64,000 bases of DNA. Source: Eledone cirrhosa. Taxonomy: Eukaryota. The stretch spans positions 140,492,001-140,556,000 of the forward strand of contig OZ024740.1 in the NCBI GenBank assembly GCA_964016885.1. Reading direction: 5' to 3'. Below the pieces are notes generated by a model. That model was not told where the DNA came from. It did no database searches and was given only the letters and a program-made list of their open reading frames with translations. The position numbers were made by a program, and so were the translations under genes. Of the stretch, positions 51,200 through 64,000 are shown one piece after another. Numbering within the stretch: position 1 is the stretch's first letter; each line of letters begins with the position of its first letter.

Positions 51200-51699
51200 G
51201 ATGATATATGAGATAGATAGGTATATAGATAGATTGATATAAACAGAGAGAGAGAGAACAAGAGACAAATACCTTTAGACAGCTAACACTACCTTAGAGA
51301 ATGGAGCAGACAGGTGGGCGTGGTGTAGGGGTGACTGTGTGTGTATGTATGTTGTGGGGATAGGGATGGCCCTATATGTTGGCCCTACTTCACAACTAAT
51401 TTATTGTCACTCTCCTACTTATCAGCCAAGTAGTGGGATCTCTTTAATTGGCTAGCTCCTCTGAATTGCTGGCCTTGTACCTTAAAGATTAGAAGAATTA
51501 TTAATGTGGTGTGACCTATAGTTAAGTCCCTTTACTTTCTGAGTTCAAATCCCACCAAGGTTATCTTTGCCTTTCACCCTTACGGTGTCTATAAAATAGA
51601 GTACCTGTAACGATTGGGGACGGTTTAATCGACTTCCCCACCCTAAAAATTGTTGGCTTTGTGCCTAAATCGGGAATCATTATTTTATAAGTGGGTGAT

Positions 51700-52400
51700 A
51701 GATACCAAGAGCATCCAAATCATAGACTTTTACATCCTATGACAGAAGAAATATACAATAAAATAAGATTTAGGAGTGATTTCTGAGATCCTTGGCAAGT
51801 ATATATGAGGAGCGAGCAGAAATACACCTCAGAAGCAAAATGCATCAGTAATTATTTTAATGTATAGTTCTAAATCTAATTCTGTGCAGTAAGATTACAT
51901 TTTGTGTGAAATACTATGTGTTTACGTAGTAAATGATAGTTAAAAGACTACCTATTACAAATGCTTCTCAAACTCAGAGAATATCAAACGTAAGGTCATA
52001 GCACTTGTCTCAAAGATTTGGGCAATTCTAAAATTTTTTTTAAAATCTGAAATGCACACTTAAAATTTTCTACAGAAATAATATGCTGCTACAAAAGGAA
52101 CTTCAAACATCACTGGTGACAACTCGCTATATTATACTAAAAGAAGAGAAATAAATAAAGAAATATATAGAAATATATTTTGTAAATAAGACAATAGAAC
52201 CGTGTGGAAATGGAAGCACCAATTGAAACATAAGTTTTAAATCTCCGAAGCCGTTTATGAAAGTATTGAAGAAGACAAGAAAACACACTTCGATCTTCCG
52301 ACATGGAAGAGGCTCCTATCAGAAGAAACCGTCACCAAATCATAATTTTTCTTACCTGTTGTACAAACCTGGCTGGACACAGAACACTGCACAAACATTC
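51700..52400 (+). mobile_element. Possible Penelope-like remnant
   Basis: Degenerate hammerhead-like tggaaga-ggctcctatcagaa-GAAAC at 52304-52329, after AT-rich decayed coding-like sequence. Confidence 0.3.
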
Positions 52401-52799
52401 TAAAAGTTCTATAGAGTTATGAAATAATTCATATGAATAAGCCATAGATGAAGCCATAGATGAAGAACATCATTAAGTAATGTCAGTTTCATGAGGAGAT
52501 AAAACGCCTCCATCCTTTTGAAGGAAAAAAAAAAAAAAAAAATGAGTATAAATCCTGGAAAACTGTAAGTCCGGTATTGAAAAAAAAAAATCACAAGGGA
52601 TTGACACTCCAAATTCACTATTCTCTTTTTACTTTGCTCCACTTTTCAAATTAAATGACACGGTGGTTCAGTTATGTTCAAATATTGTAAGCGCGTCCAT
52701 TGAGAATATCGTTACGTTGTTTGCGAAAATGTAAAACAAATCTTTATATCCCAGACAGAAATGTTGACTTTTATTTCTAGATACTTTTTTTATATAATT

Positions 52800-55700
52800 G
52801 TCTGCTGGTGGATTTTGTATTTCGCTCTATGTCGTCACCATTAACAAGAGGAAGGCAATGACGACAACAGTGTCATTAACAACAACAACTCTACCATTAA
52901 CAAGAGGAAGCCAGCCACTAGGTCCTATGACAAACTGCTCAAACTGCACCTTTCTTTTTTGTGTACATCCATCCATTCACTCATTATTTACTGCCATTCT
53001 ACCTTCCTGTGTCTCCCCCTCCGTGCAGCCTCTTTTCGCTCTCATTTTCTGGCACCGCCATATATATAGGTGAGCTCTGCGCCCTCTTACCAGCACTTTC
53101 CCTTCCACCCACCCCTGATGCCGCTTGATGCCCCATTCCCCGGCCCCACGCCCCATCCCCCGGCCCCACGCCCGATCCCCCACCCCTCCAAATCGACACC
53201 TGCAGCACTTTCGGCACCACTAATAAACGGAGGAGGGGACGGAACTGTTTGGGGTGCGGCTGCTTCCACCACCTCACCTGCGTTGGCTTGACTCGTCGAG
53301 CTTCCAATGCCCTCGCAGCGTGGAGGTGCAGGAGCAGCCTCTTCCTCACGTCTTCCCATCCACGACCGTCTGGCACACCACCAGATGGAACAGCGAGCTT
53401 CCCTGACGCCTGAGCATCACTCGGCTCAGGCGGCTCCGGAAGATCACACTCAAGATCCCGAGACCGGCACGGGTGCCGGTAGCCGATGCCCTTGCTTCCT
53501 CGATTGAGAGCGCCCTGGACTCCAATCGAGCCAGTGACTGGGAGCGGCTGTTCTATTTCGCCCCCACTCGCCCTTGGCCTCCTCAGCTTTGGCGCTCAAG
53601 GCCAATGTCTCGTCATTTGGGCGAGCGCCCATTCCAAGCATGCCCAGGGACACCACACACCCCATCCTCAGGTACCCCCTATCCTCCACCCCCGAAGCCA
53701 GCGCCAAGCGTTTGCGTGACCAGGTAAACGCAAAGCTTATCATGGGTGATGTCTCGGCCGCAGTCAGAGCTGTTGCCTCAGAGGACACTGTCCTCCAACC
53801 CACCGAGGAGATCCTGGCTGCTCCTCGGCTCAAACACCCTGAGCCACCCACTGATCTCAGACCCATACGCCCACCCGACCCCCACCTGCTCCTTGTGGCT
53901 ACTGATGCAGATATCATATCCGCCATCAGGTCCTTCCCAGCTAGCAGCTGCGGAGGTGTTGATGGTCTCCGACCAGGCCACCTCAAGCAGTTGATATCCC
54001 CCCTCTCTGCTGGCCGGGCGCCGCCTTCTGAGTGCAATTGTGGCGCTCACCAATAGGCTCATTCATGGTGCCCTCCACCCTTACGCTTGAGGCCTCTTTT
54101 TTTCGGCCAGCCTCACCGCTCTCAGGAAGAAAGAGGGTGGCATACGCCCCATTGCTGTGGGCAATGTCTTCCGGAGGCTGGCTGCCAAGGTGATCTGCAA
54201 GTCTGTCACACACGAACTGGGTGAGGAGTTTAGTCCGGTGCAACTGGGTGTCGACGTGTCCGGTGGATGTGAGGGAGCCGCTCATGCAATCAGGCAGTTC
54301 TTCAGCAGCTGCCCATCGGTACCGGCATCCAGGGACTCCAGGCACCTCATTGTCAAGCTTGACATGAGGAATGCCTTTAACTCTTTACGCTGGCATCATC
54401 AGCCGAGCCCCCTCTGCCTACCTATCATATGGAGCCCTGAGCATGCTCCTAGCTGCTGATACGGTCATACCCTTGGCTACTGGGGTCCAACAGGGCGACC
54501 CTTTGGGACCCCTCCTGTTCGCCCTTGGTATTGACGACATTGTCCGGAGTATCACGGCCCCTATCAAGGTTTGGTATCTGGATGATGCTACGTTGGGCGG
54601 GCCTGTACAGACAGTCTGCCATGACCTTCAATCGGTGATTCTTGCCCTGGTGGGAATCGGCCTCCAGGTCAACTCGGCCAAGTCGGAGGTGGTGAACGTC
54701 AGCCTCGATGCTGCGAGCTTTGCAGCCTCTGTCTTGGACGTGCGGTCTATTCTCCGCCAGGTTCAGGTGACCCCCAAAGAGGATGTCCTCATCCTCAGGT
54801 CACCGATCCACCCGCCGGCCATCCGCTCCACCATAAGGTCCAGGCGTCAACAGCTCCAGACTCTCACGAGCTGACTGGGCTTGATTGACGGCCACCCAGC
54901 TCTCTTTCTGCTGAGGAACTGCTTCGCCATGCCGAAGCTCCTTTATACACTCCGCAGCGTTCCATGCTACACCCAGACATCTCCTCGCTGACCTCGATAC
55001 TTGTATCCGAGCAGCAGCCGAGGGGATATGCAACGTCAAGTTTGACGACATAGTGTGGCAACAGGCCACTTTACCGGTCAGGTATGGCGGCCTTGGTCTC
55101 CGGTCCCCGATCTCACTAGCTTTGCCGGCGTATCTTTCGTCGGTAACCTCGCGTCGCGTCCTTGCGGGGTTCTTCAAAACACAACAGAACCCTCTGTATT
55201 GAGAGAACGTGAGGCCGCCTGTGAGATGTGGGACCGGCTGGGACTTAACCCAGTAGAGATCCTTCCTCCTTCTCCCCCTGTTAACGTCAAGTCCCCCCAA
55301 CGCACTTGGGATGCCATCCAGTGCAGCCTGGCCTCAGACAGGCTCATGCGCCAGCTCAACCAGTACCGCCTTGCTTGTTTTTGTGCGGCCTCCAAACCCC
55401 TTCTCCACTGGCACGCAGCTAGACAACCATAGCCTGCGAATCGGCGTTTCCCTGAGGCTCGGTCTCCGGATCTGCCAGCCACACCAATGTCGCTGCGGTT
55501 CCACCGTGGACTCTTTCAGCCTCCACCTGCTTTCCTGTCGCTACAGTGCCGGCCGCATTCCACGCCATGCTGCCCTCAATGAGGTCATTAAGCATGGCTT
55601 GGACGTTGCAGGCTTCCCTTCCCAGCTCGAGCCGGTGGGGCTGGATCGAGAGGACGGCAAAAGGCCAGATGGCATGACCATCTTCCCGTTCCGCGGTGGC

Positions 55701-56120
55701 AAACCCCTCGTCTGGGATGCCACTTACACCGACACTTTCTGCAGCCGCAACCTGGTGCAGTCTGCGACTGATCCAGTTTCTGCTGCACGTCGGGCTGAAG
55801 GGGCCAAACTCCTCAAATACCGGTCGCTCTCCGACAGGTTTGCGGTCGTTCCCCTGGCAGTGGAGACTTCTAGTGTCCTTGGCCCTAGGACTACCTCCTT
55901 ACTCACCACCATAGGCGCTGAGCTGGCCAGCCAGGTGTGAGCCCCGCGATTTGGAGTGGCTTTTCCAGCGCGTCTCCCTTGCTGTCCTCCGGGGAAACGC
56001 CTTCTCCATTCTGTCCGCCGGGGCTGTGGGTGGGCCCCATCGCATACCAATACATCAGTTAAATACCATTCTTTCATCTGATACAACACAATAAAGACTA
56101 AAGTGTTTAAAAAAAAAAAA
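52800..56120 (+). mobile_element. Near full-length CRE-clade non-LTR retrotransposon (RT + restriction-like endonuclease), frameshifted; 5' boundary approximate
   Basis: GC-rich block. Motifs GGVDGLRPGHLK, RKKEGGIRPIAVGNVFRRL, KLDMRNAFN, GVQQGDPLGPLLF, WYLDDA, CRCG..H.LSC..RH, KRPDG.T..P...G..LVWDAT, VPLAVET. AATAAA at 56090-56095, poly(A) at 56109-56120. Confidence 0.92.
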
Positions 56121-56250
56121 TTTAACTAGTGCATTTCCACTCGTGTATGGGTGAGTAACCCTAAATTATTTTCATATTTTATATCTTGTGTTAAGTATTT
56201 TGTTTTATAATTATTTTATACTTATTTCATGTTTTACCAACTTTTAATAC

Positions 56251-56288
<38 letters not shown>

Positions 56289-56462
56289 CTTTTAGCCTAT
56301 AATGTAGTAATTTGGCAAACAAGTATTGATAATAAGTAATAGATTAAGATAAGTACTGGCATCGATATGAAACTGTTTAAAACCTTGCCGTTGTATGATC
56401 CCAGACCAGTCGAATAACTGAAAACTGATTCAGTTCTATCGTCGTTGTTCATTTGTTTTGTT

Positions 56463-56757
56463 AAAGGTTGTGAGTTCAATTCTCAGACCGGGTGATGTGT
56501 TGTTTCCTTGAGCAAGATACTTTATTTTACATTGCTCCAGTTTACTCAGCTGTAGAAATGAGATGATAGGGACTGGGGTCCCTATCATTCCACTGCAAAT
56601 TGGTCGTGGAGGTGCCATGGCAAAAAAAGCACCCAGCACTCACTGTAAATGAGGTTGGTGTTAGGAAGGGCATCCAGCTGTAGAAATCAACCCAGAATCA
56701 GTTCCCGTTCCACCCTTGCAAGCAGGGAAAAGCGGACGTAAAATGATGATGATGATG
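56463..56757 (+). mobile_element. 5'-truncated RTE-tailed SINE
   Basis: Same family as 35807-36471. Confidence 0.88.
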
Positions 56758-56829
56758 TGTATGGAACTAAAATATCACTGCACTTCACCAACTGTAAACA
56801 TGAACATCACACAATTAGAAGATCCCTTG

Positions 56830-57230
56830 CATTTGCTCCAAATGCTAGGCCTCACTCTTATCAAGAAACATAGCTAGAACTGCAACTAACAGCATGGCAT
56901 CTTCTCTTCAGAACCAGAAAGAACTTTAGCCTCCCAACATTTCTGACTCTCTACAATGTTTAGGTAAAACCTATAAGAAAAAAGATCTCATCTGATTGGT
57001 ATAAAGTTACTGACAAACATGTTCAAGCCCTCTGACTTACATTTCCACTTCTACTATAATGGAATTTGCTCAAGAGAGTGGACTGACCTTGTACCACCTT
57101 CACCCAGACACTTGTCTCTCTACCTCTCATCACCCATATTCAAGTCCCTCTGGAATTCTTTTCCTGCACATGTTTCATGCAGGAGTTGACTTGTAATAAT
57201 TTAAACTGAACATCAACAACTTCAATCTCA
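56830..57230 (+). mobile_element. Decayed CR1/L2-group LINE 3' region
   Basis: Decayed LFRTRKNF..FLTLY, FHFYYNGICSRE..DLVPP, LWNSFPAHV motifs. Confidence 0.55.
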
Positions 57231-57273
57231 TCAGCCTGCAGAGATTATGGGCACAGCCCCTTCTTCCAGACCT

Positions 57274-57606
57274 CATCATCATCATCATCATCACCATTTT
57301 ACGTCCATTCTTTCACACTAGCATGGGTTAGACGGGTTGTCCTGTTGTGGGCAGTGTCCGGTTGGCTGACCTTGTCTTGCTCATACAGGAACTGATTCTG
57401 GCTTGATTTCTACAGCTGGGTGCCCTTCCTAACACCAACCTCATTTACAGTGAGTGCTGGGTGCTTTTTTTTCTGTGGCGCCTACACGTCCACTTTACAG
57501 TGTGGGCTGGGTGCTTTTTTGCCGTGGCACCTCCACGACCACTTTGCAGTGGAATGATAGAGACTCCAGTCCTATCTCATTTCTACAGTTGAGTAAATTG
57601 GAGCAA
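57274..57606 (-). mobile_element. SINE of the same family carrying the alternative long-UTR RTE tail
   Basis: Body ttgctcca.tttactca.ctgtagaaatgagatagg, then a tail matching 42311-42585 rather than ccttgcaagcaggg. Confidence 0.82.
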
Positions 57607-57989
57607 ATAATATTAAAAAAACACATAACGCCTCACTCCATCCGCTACTACACCAACACAATACACAATGAACCACACCCACACCACTATCCACCACTGA
57701 ACAAAAATCACTCAGTATACCATGACCATTGCACCACCACCCTATCACCAAACGAACACATCACACAACACATCATTACCACTGAACTAACACATCACAC
57801 AATGCACACCACCCACTACCACCATTGCTACCACTACAACAATAATGATAGCATCAGTCTCATTGGCCATACATCTCTTTTTCCTTTTTAATGAAATAAC
57901 TTTTGATGCACCAATAAATTGTTTAAATGACAACTAAAGAAAATGTTCCAAAGTATTGAGAGAGAGGAGGGAAGATAAAAGAGGAAAGA

Positions 57990-58490
57990 TAAATACATTG
58001 CAAAAAAAAAATTACATACTAGGTGGGGTTCAATACCAATCCCTTTTGAAGTCGGCCCCATGTGCTTCCATACTGCCCAGTGATCTTTCCACTGTTTGAA
58101 GCACATCTGGAATGGTTCTCAGCTCCACTGTCACAATCTGCATGATGTCCTCTCAGTTCTCACAGTGAGAGCTTTTCAGTAGCATCCTTATTTTTGAAAA
58201 CAAGAAGTCAGAAAGAGCCATGTCTGGAGAGTAGGAAGTCTGACAAATGACCAAAATGCTTTTCTTTGCCAAGAAACTTTAGCTGTGATAAATGAATCAA
58301 GGTGTTGTCATGATGCAGCTGCCAATTTTATGAGATCCACAGATCTGGTCTCTTAAGTCAAACTGTATTGCAAGGATTTTGGAGGACTTCCTGATACTAC
58401 CTCTTTGTAACTGTTTGTCCTTCTGGTGCGTATTCATGATCTACAACACCATGGTAGTCAAAGAAAACAGTCAGCATTACCTTGATTTTG
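57990..58490 (-). mobile_element. Mariner transposase C-terminal remnant
   Basis: Minus strand LHHDN...PYSPDMALSDFLF (YSPDLAP.D motif)...FQMCFKQWKDHW. Confidence 0.8.
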
Positions 58491-58706
58491 TTCCAAAAGC
58501 TGACATAAAAATTCTTATTAAAAGCAAAAAAAAAAATTATCTCTTGTGTTTGGATGATCATCATTTTTATGACCACTTTCTGGCATGAGTTGAATGTGAT
58601 TTTTCAAATCAGTATTTTATGCCCTTCTTGATGGCAACCCTTTTAGTTATCTCTTACAACATGCAGGGATATGATTTAAAAGCTATTCTAGACCCATTCT
58701 AAAATA

Positions 58707-59046
58707 AAGGGTAAAGACTCTCTTCAGTCATGAATGACCATGGGATTTGCACCTAGAAGGTTCCCCTCCGAGGTACAAGTCCGGGCAAGGTTGTTTTGTA
58801 GAAGACCAGCAGTCGCCCATTCATACCAGCCTCCCCTCTCTACATCACCAATGTTAGCCAGGGGAAAGGCAAAGGGAGATAAAGCTTGGCACTAGTGACT
58901 CGCAATTCATTTCTACAGCTGAGTTATGAGCAACATGAAATAAAGTGTCTTGCTTAAGAACACAACGCAAAGCCCGGTCCAAGAATCGAACTCGCAACCT
59001 CATGATTGTAAGCCTAACACTCTAACCACTAAGCCATGCTCCTTCA
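58707..59046 (-). mobile_element. Full-length tRNA SINE (TTTACCC tail) with 12-bp TSD
   Basis: TSD cattctaaaata at 58695-58706 and 59047-59058; collinear with 241-565. Confidence 0.9.
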
Positions 59047-59414
59047 CATTCTAAAATATTACACACTATAATATGCTCATATGTGTGTTGTAGTAATTTC
59101 TTTGTTAGAACATTGAATCAGCTACTTTACTGTATTCGTTCCAACTCCCTCCACCCTGAGTTCAAATCTCACTGAGATCAACTTTGCCTCTGAACCTTTT
59201 GAGGTCAATAATGTACCAGTTCAATACTAGAGTTGATTTTCCTCTATATCTCTTTCTTACTTTCCCCACCTCTTTCTGGACAAAATCAGCTGTTCTTAAA
59301 AAAATCTCTCTCTCTTTTCTTTGTGTGTATGTGTAAGAGAACATCATGTTAAGGACCCATGGCTGAATAGATGAAATAACAATGAGAAGTAATTGTGCAT
59401 TTTTGAATATTGTC

Positions 59415-60113
59415 AGTGAGACAATATTGGTAGTGAGACCTGGGCATTGTGTGCAGAAGACTTGCATAGATTAGAAAGAAACAAAGCTTGCATGCTCCGA
59501 TGGATGTGTAATAGTAATGTACGCAAACGGCAAAGCATAAACGAATTGAAAGAGAGACTAAGCATAAGAGGTATCAAATGTTGTGTGCAGGAGAGGAGAT
59601 TGCGTTGGTATGGACATGTGATGCGTATGAAGGACAACAGCTGTATAAAAAAGTGCAGAGTGATCAAAATTGATGGAAGCTACGGAGTGGGTATACCAAG
59701 AAAAATCTGGGATGAGGTGATAAAAACTGACCTTGCTCACTTAAACCTAAGACAATGTCACTGGATCAATATCTTTGGTGCTATGCAGTTATAACCACCT
59801 TCCCTTGCATACAAACTTAAACATACAGTCAGTAGGCACCTCTTAACCCAATATACACCCCACCCCACACCACCTACTCCATCCTCCCATTTTCGTCCAT
59901 TGTAAAGTGGTCATGTAGGTGACACAACAAAAAGCACCCAGTCCACACTGTAAATGTGGTTGGTGTTAGGAAGGGCATCCAGCCATAGAAAACCTGCCAG
60001 ACAGTTCTGTATGAGGGAGACACGGTAACCCGACCAATCTCACCTCAAGTGGGACAAAACCGTCCAACCCATGCTAGCGTGGAAGATGAATGTTAAACAA
60101 TGATGATGATGAT
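59415..60113 (+). mobile_element. RTE LINE 3' fragment
   Basis: RLERNKACMLRWMC...RRLRWYGHVMRM, then 3'UTR and (TGA)n tail. Confidence 0.9.
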
Positions 60114-61445
60114 ATATCTATAGTCTGTTTTTATAGTTTCAAAATAATCTGGTCCTTACTACATTTTGGACACTTAAAAACTTATCTGCCTTACAATATA
60201 AACAGTCTAGTGGTAGTGATATAGTGATGTTGATAGTAGTAGTAGTTCTGGGAGTGATGGTGGTATTAGTACTAGTTCTGGGGTGATGGTGGTGGTGATA
60301 GCAATTCACTTTGATCAGATATCACTGCACTCTGTTAAATAGTTAACAAAAACAGGCAGAGAAATGGAGTGGGAGAGGAAAAAGAGGTTCATAAATGTAT
60401 TAATTTCACTTTCTAAATCTATCATTGGTTATGCTCTATATACATGATCAGTTTTATATCAGTGATGTATGTGTATATACAGAATCAATGTCTGCACCTA
60501 TTTTATTTTTAAGTGTGTTAATATAAACATTATTGATTTATTTTATTTTATTTTTTTTTACATTGGCATCAGGCCATAAATTTATAAGGAAGGAATTAAA
60601 GTTTGATTAAATTTTCAACCCTAGGCAGAGCCAGGACCTGGGTATTTAGTGTTTCAGGCTATCCCTACAATGTGCACCCCCTTCTCCCAAATAAAGTAAT
60701 TTCAACTTACAGCTTCCTGGTACCAACTTTTTAGTCACTTCTGTAGTCATAGCGCTGATACCATGTTAAAATATGTACTAAGTACACCCTGTCAAATGGT
60801 TGGCATTAAGAGGGTCATGCAAAAGATGGGACGTATGGGTAAGACATGATCCCTTGATCCATCTAGTCTCAGAACATGACATCCAGTCAAACCCATGCCA
60901 GCATGGAAAATATTTAAAATGATGACACACAAAGAGGCAGCATACCTATTGTAAATCAAATACACACATCCATTATACTTTATATATATTCATTTATTCT
61001 ATATACACTATATTTATTTCAATGTTGTTTTATATTTTCCCAGTTTTCCATATTTGTTGGAGTAATATTTTTCCTGGAACTCATTGGAGGTATTCTTGGA
61101 TTTGTTTATAAAGATTGGGTAAGTCAAAGGAATTTTGTTTTCTTTTTTAATGGAAATTCTTGTGAGTTTAACCCTTTTGTTACCATATTTCTCATGAAAG
61201 ATACTGCTTATGATTTTCAAATCATTCTGAAAATAATCAAGAATTTGAAAGGATATATAATATAACTAACCTTTGCATTATAAATATGTGTATTGGTATG
61301 ACAAAGAGTTGTAGAGAATGGTAATGAGATAGAGGTGATGGGCTGGAAAGGGTGAAAAAGATGTAAAGAAATCTACACATTTTTTATTTCCTTGTTCCCT
61401 CTCTTTCTGTATGTGTATGTATATATATATATGTGTGTGTGAGTG

Positions 61446-61483
<38 letters not shown>

Positions 61484-61594
61484 CTGAGTTGCACATGGAA
61501 AAACAGATACAGAGAACAAATGAAGAAAAGCATCTATTTTCTTCATCAGCCACCTTTGGAAATATGATTTCATGCATAAGGGTGGTATTGTGTG

Positions 61595-63160
61595 TCATCA
61601 TCATCATCATTTTACGTCCGCTTTTCCCTGCTTGCAAGGGTGTGGCGGGTCTTATTCAGCACAGCATCTCTCCACTTGTCATGGTCCTTCGTCATCTCCA
61701 CCATGAGCTTCAGCAATCTGAGGTCTGTTCTCACCACCTCCGCCCATGTTTTTTGTGGTCTACCTCTACCACATCTTCCTTTAACTGGCATTTCCTGGCA
61801 CTTCTTCACCCATCGGTCTTCCTCCATATGCATCACATGTCTATACTACCGCAGTCTCCTCTCTCGCACACTACATTCTATCCCTCTCAGACAGTTTCTC
61901 TCTCAACACATTCATGCTGCGTCGTTCACGCACATTGACATTGCATATCCAACGGAGCATGCTTGACTCATTTCTCTCCAGCCGTCGCATATCCTCTGCA
62001 GTTGCTGCCCATGTCTCACTACCATGCAGCATCATGCTCCTCACACAGGCATCATATAACCGGCCTTTCGTACGCAGGGAGAAACTCTTCTTCATCAGCA
62101 GAGGAAACAGTCCCCTAAACTTCTTCCAACCCGTCCTTATTCTAGATACTATAGCCTCGGAACACCCCCTCCCATGCTAATCTGATCTCCTAGATACCGG
62201 AAGCTATCCACCACTTCTATAGCACCCGCCTGTATTTGAAAAATGTGTCTATCAATGCGACTTCTACTGTCTAATTTCTCTGTACATCTACTGCATACGT
62301 ATTTCTCCCTACCTGTTAGTTTGCCTGCTATCCCACTACATCTCTTGTGTACCCAGGATCTGCATTGTGAATTTTATAGAATTAATGCCAGTTCTTTTTC
62401 TGCATATCGAACATGGCCATTTCCCTGACGGAATCAGAATTTTGTCCTCTTTTCTACTCATCAACACTTTTGTCTTAGCTAGGTTCACTCTCAGTCCTCT
62501 TGCTTCCAACTGCTGTTTCCATAGCCAGAATTTATTCTCTAGCTCCTCTACTGATTCTGCTATAAGAACCAGATCATCAGCATAGAGAAATTCCCATGGA
62601 CAGCCAGTCTTAAACTCCTCTGTTATGGCTTGGCGGACTATAATGAACGAGAGCGGGCTGAGGACCGAACCTTGATGTACTCCTACTTGTATCTGGAATT
62701 CCTCACTAAACTCCATTCCTACCCTGACTTTACTGACAGTACCTCTGTACAAAGTTTGCACTGCCCTCACAAGCCATTCCTCAACACCTAGTTTCCTTAG
62801 GGACCACCAGATGACAGATCGGGGTACCCTATCAAAGGCCTTCTCTAGGTCAACAAAAGCTAAGTATAGTGGCTTATTTTTCTCTAAGAACCTCTCTTGT
62901 AATTGTCTCACCAAGAAGAGGGCATCTGTTGTACTCTTCCCAAGCACAAAACCAAACTGCATCTCATCTAGTTTGACCCTTTCTCTAATTAGTTGTGCTA
63001 ATATCCTTTCTGCCACTTTCATAACCTGATCCATCAGTTTTATACCCCTATAATTGCTCCTCTCCAGAGCATCCCCTTTACCTTTGTAGCAATTTATAAG
63101 AATACTGCTGCACCAGTCTTTGGGTATGACACCACCATATATAGCCTGATTGACGATGAT
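61595..63160 (-). mobile_element. 5'-truncated RTE LINE of a second, short-3'UTR subfamily
   Basis: ORF 62336-63196 (YRGIKL, DLEKAFDRVP, YADDL) plus frameshifted downstream ORFs ending [13 protein letters not shown] directly at the (TGA)n tail. Confidence 0.93.
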
Positions 63161-63237
63161 GTGTGTGTGTATATATATATATATATATGCTAGCATGGAA
63201 GAACGGACGTAAAACGGTGATGATGATGATGATGATG

Positions 63238-63282
<45 letters not shown>

Positions 63283-64000
63283 TTATGGAAATTGGAACTA
63301 TTGAATAATTCATTTTTTTTCTTTATTCAGCATTGTATTAGAGAGCAAAAAAAAAAGTAATAAAAGGAAAGAAATAAAATAATTAGCAAACGAAAATTAT
63401 TGGAATGCTTAAAATTGAAATTAAAATTTTTATATTTAAACGCTTTTTAAATTTTTTTTATTAATTTTGCTGTGAAAAGTTTATGAAAGGTGCAGTATTG
63501 AATAATTTATGTTTCTCATTATTGTATGTTGTTGTTGTTGTAGCAGTGGTGGCAATGAAAGACAGTGGGGCTGGATTGTCAGGATAGTTGTGGTGGGAGA
63601 GATACTGGTGAGATGCTTTCAGCTATGTTTGTAACATAGGCACAAGGAAGTAGGGGTTAATCAATTGAATTTACCCCAGTACTTGACTGGTACTATATTT
63701 GATTCTAACCATCCCTCCCCACATTCACAACTGACATATTTCAGACATTGCTATGTACAATGTCCATTTCCACTGTATTGTCTAAAATTGTTCCAAAAGA
63801 CTTGAATTTCAGCTGATTGAATTCTTTTTTCCATCTTGCCATATTCAGACTGAAAAACTCTGTTAGATATAGTCTCATGGTCAAGTGGGGCAAAAAAGTC
63901 AACCAGTTGAGATTATCCTTGGAAACACACGACCAAAATTATCTTGGTGTTCAAGTAATGACAAGCAAGCAAGGGAAAAGAACTCCTATAACTGAGGCTG

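Noticed and set aside
52409-52782. Possible second non-autonomous Helitron
   Set aside because: Only one end (cagacaga..ttttatttctagat) resembles the 19912 element; no clear hairpin-CTAG terminus.

Overview
AT-rich, microsatellite-dense animal DNA. The repeat repertoire ((CAT)n-tailed RTE LINEs, tRNA-headed SINEs, long (TA)n/(CA)n tracts) strongly suggests a coleoid cephalopod such as an octopus; this is an inference. Only one host exon is recognisable: a 195-nt internal exon of a TspanC8 tetraspanin (TSPAN5/17, Drosophila Tsp26A-like) at 41698-41892 (+), so most or all of the window is probably intron of that gene. The rest is transposon-derived: several RTE LINE subfamilies, two CRE-type RLE retrotransposon copies, several SINE families, a TA-targeting internally deleted RTE derivative, a Helitron, mariner- and piggyBac-type MITEs, Penelope remnants with hammerhead-like cores, and five long foldbacks. 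Most short ORFs in the track are microsatellite or antisense artefacts. The most interesting leads are (1) the bipartite RTE derivative with a structured 5' leader, a zinc-finger micro-ORF and a covarying 3' hairpin, (2) a foldback whose arms are divergent tRNA-like units, (3) a SINE that has swapped 3' tails between LINE subfamilies, and (4) abundant intronic dsRNA potential around a symmetric exon. No confirmed novel system can be claimed from sequence alone.
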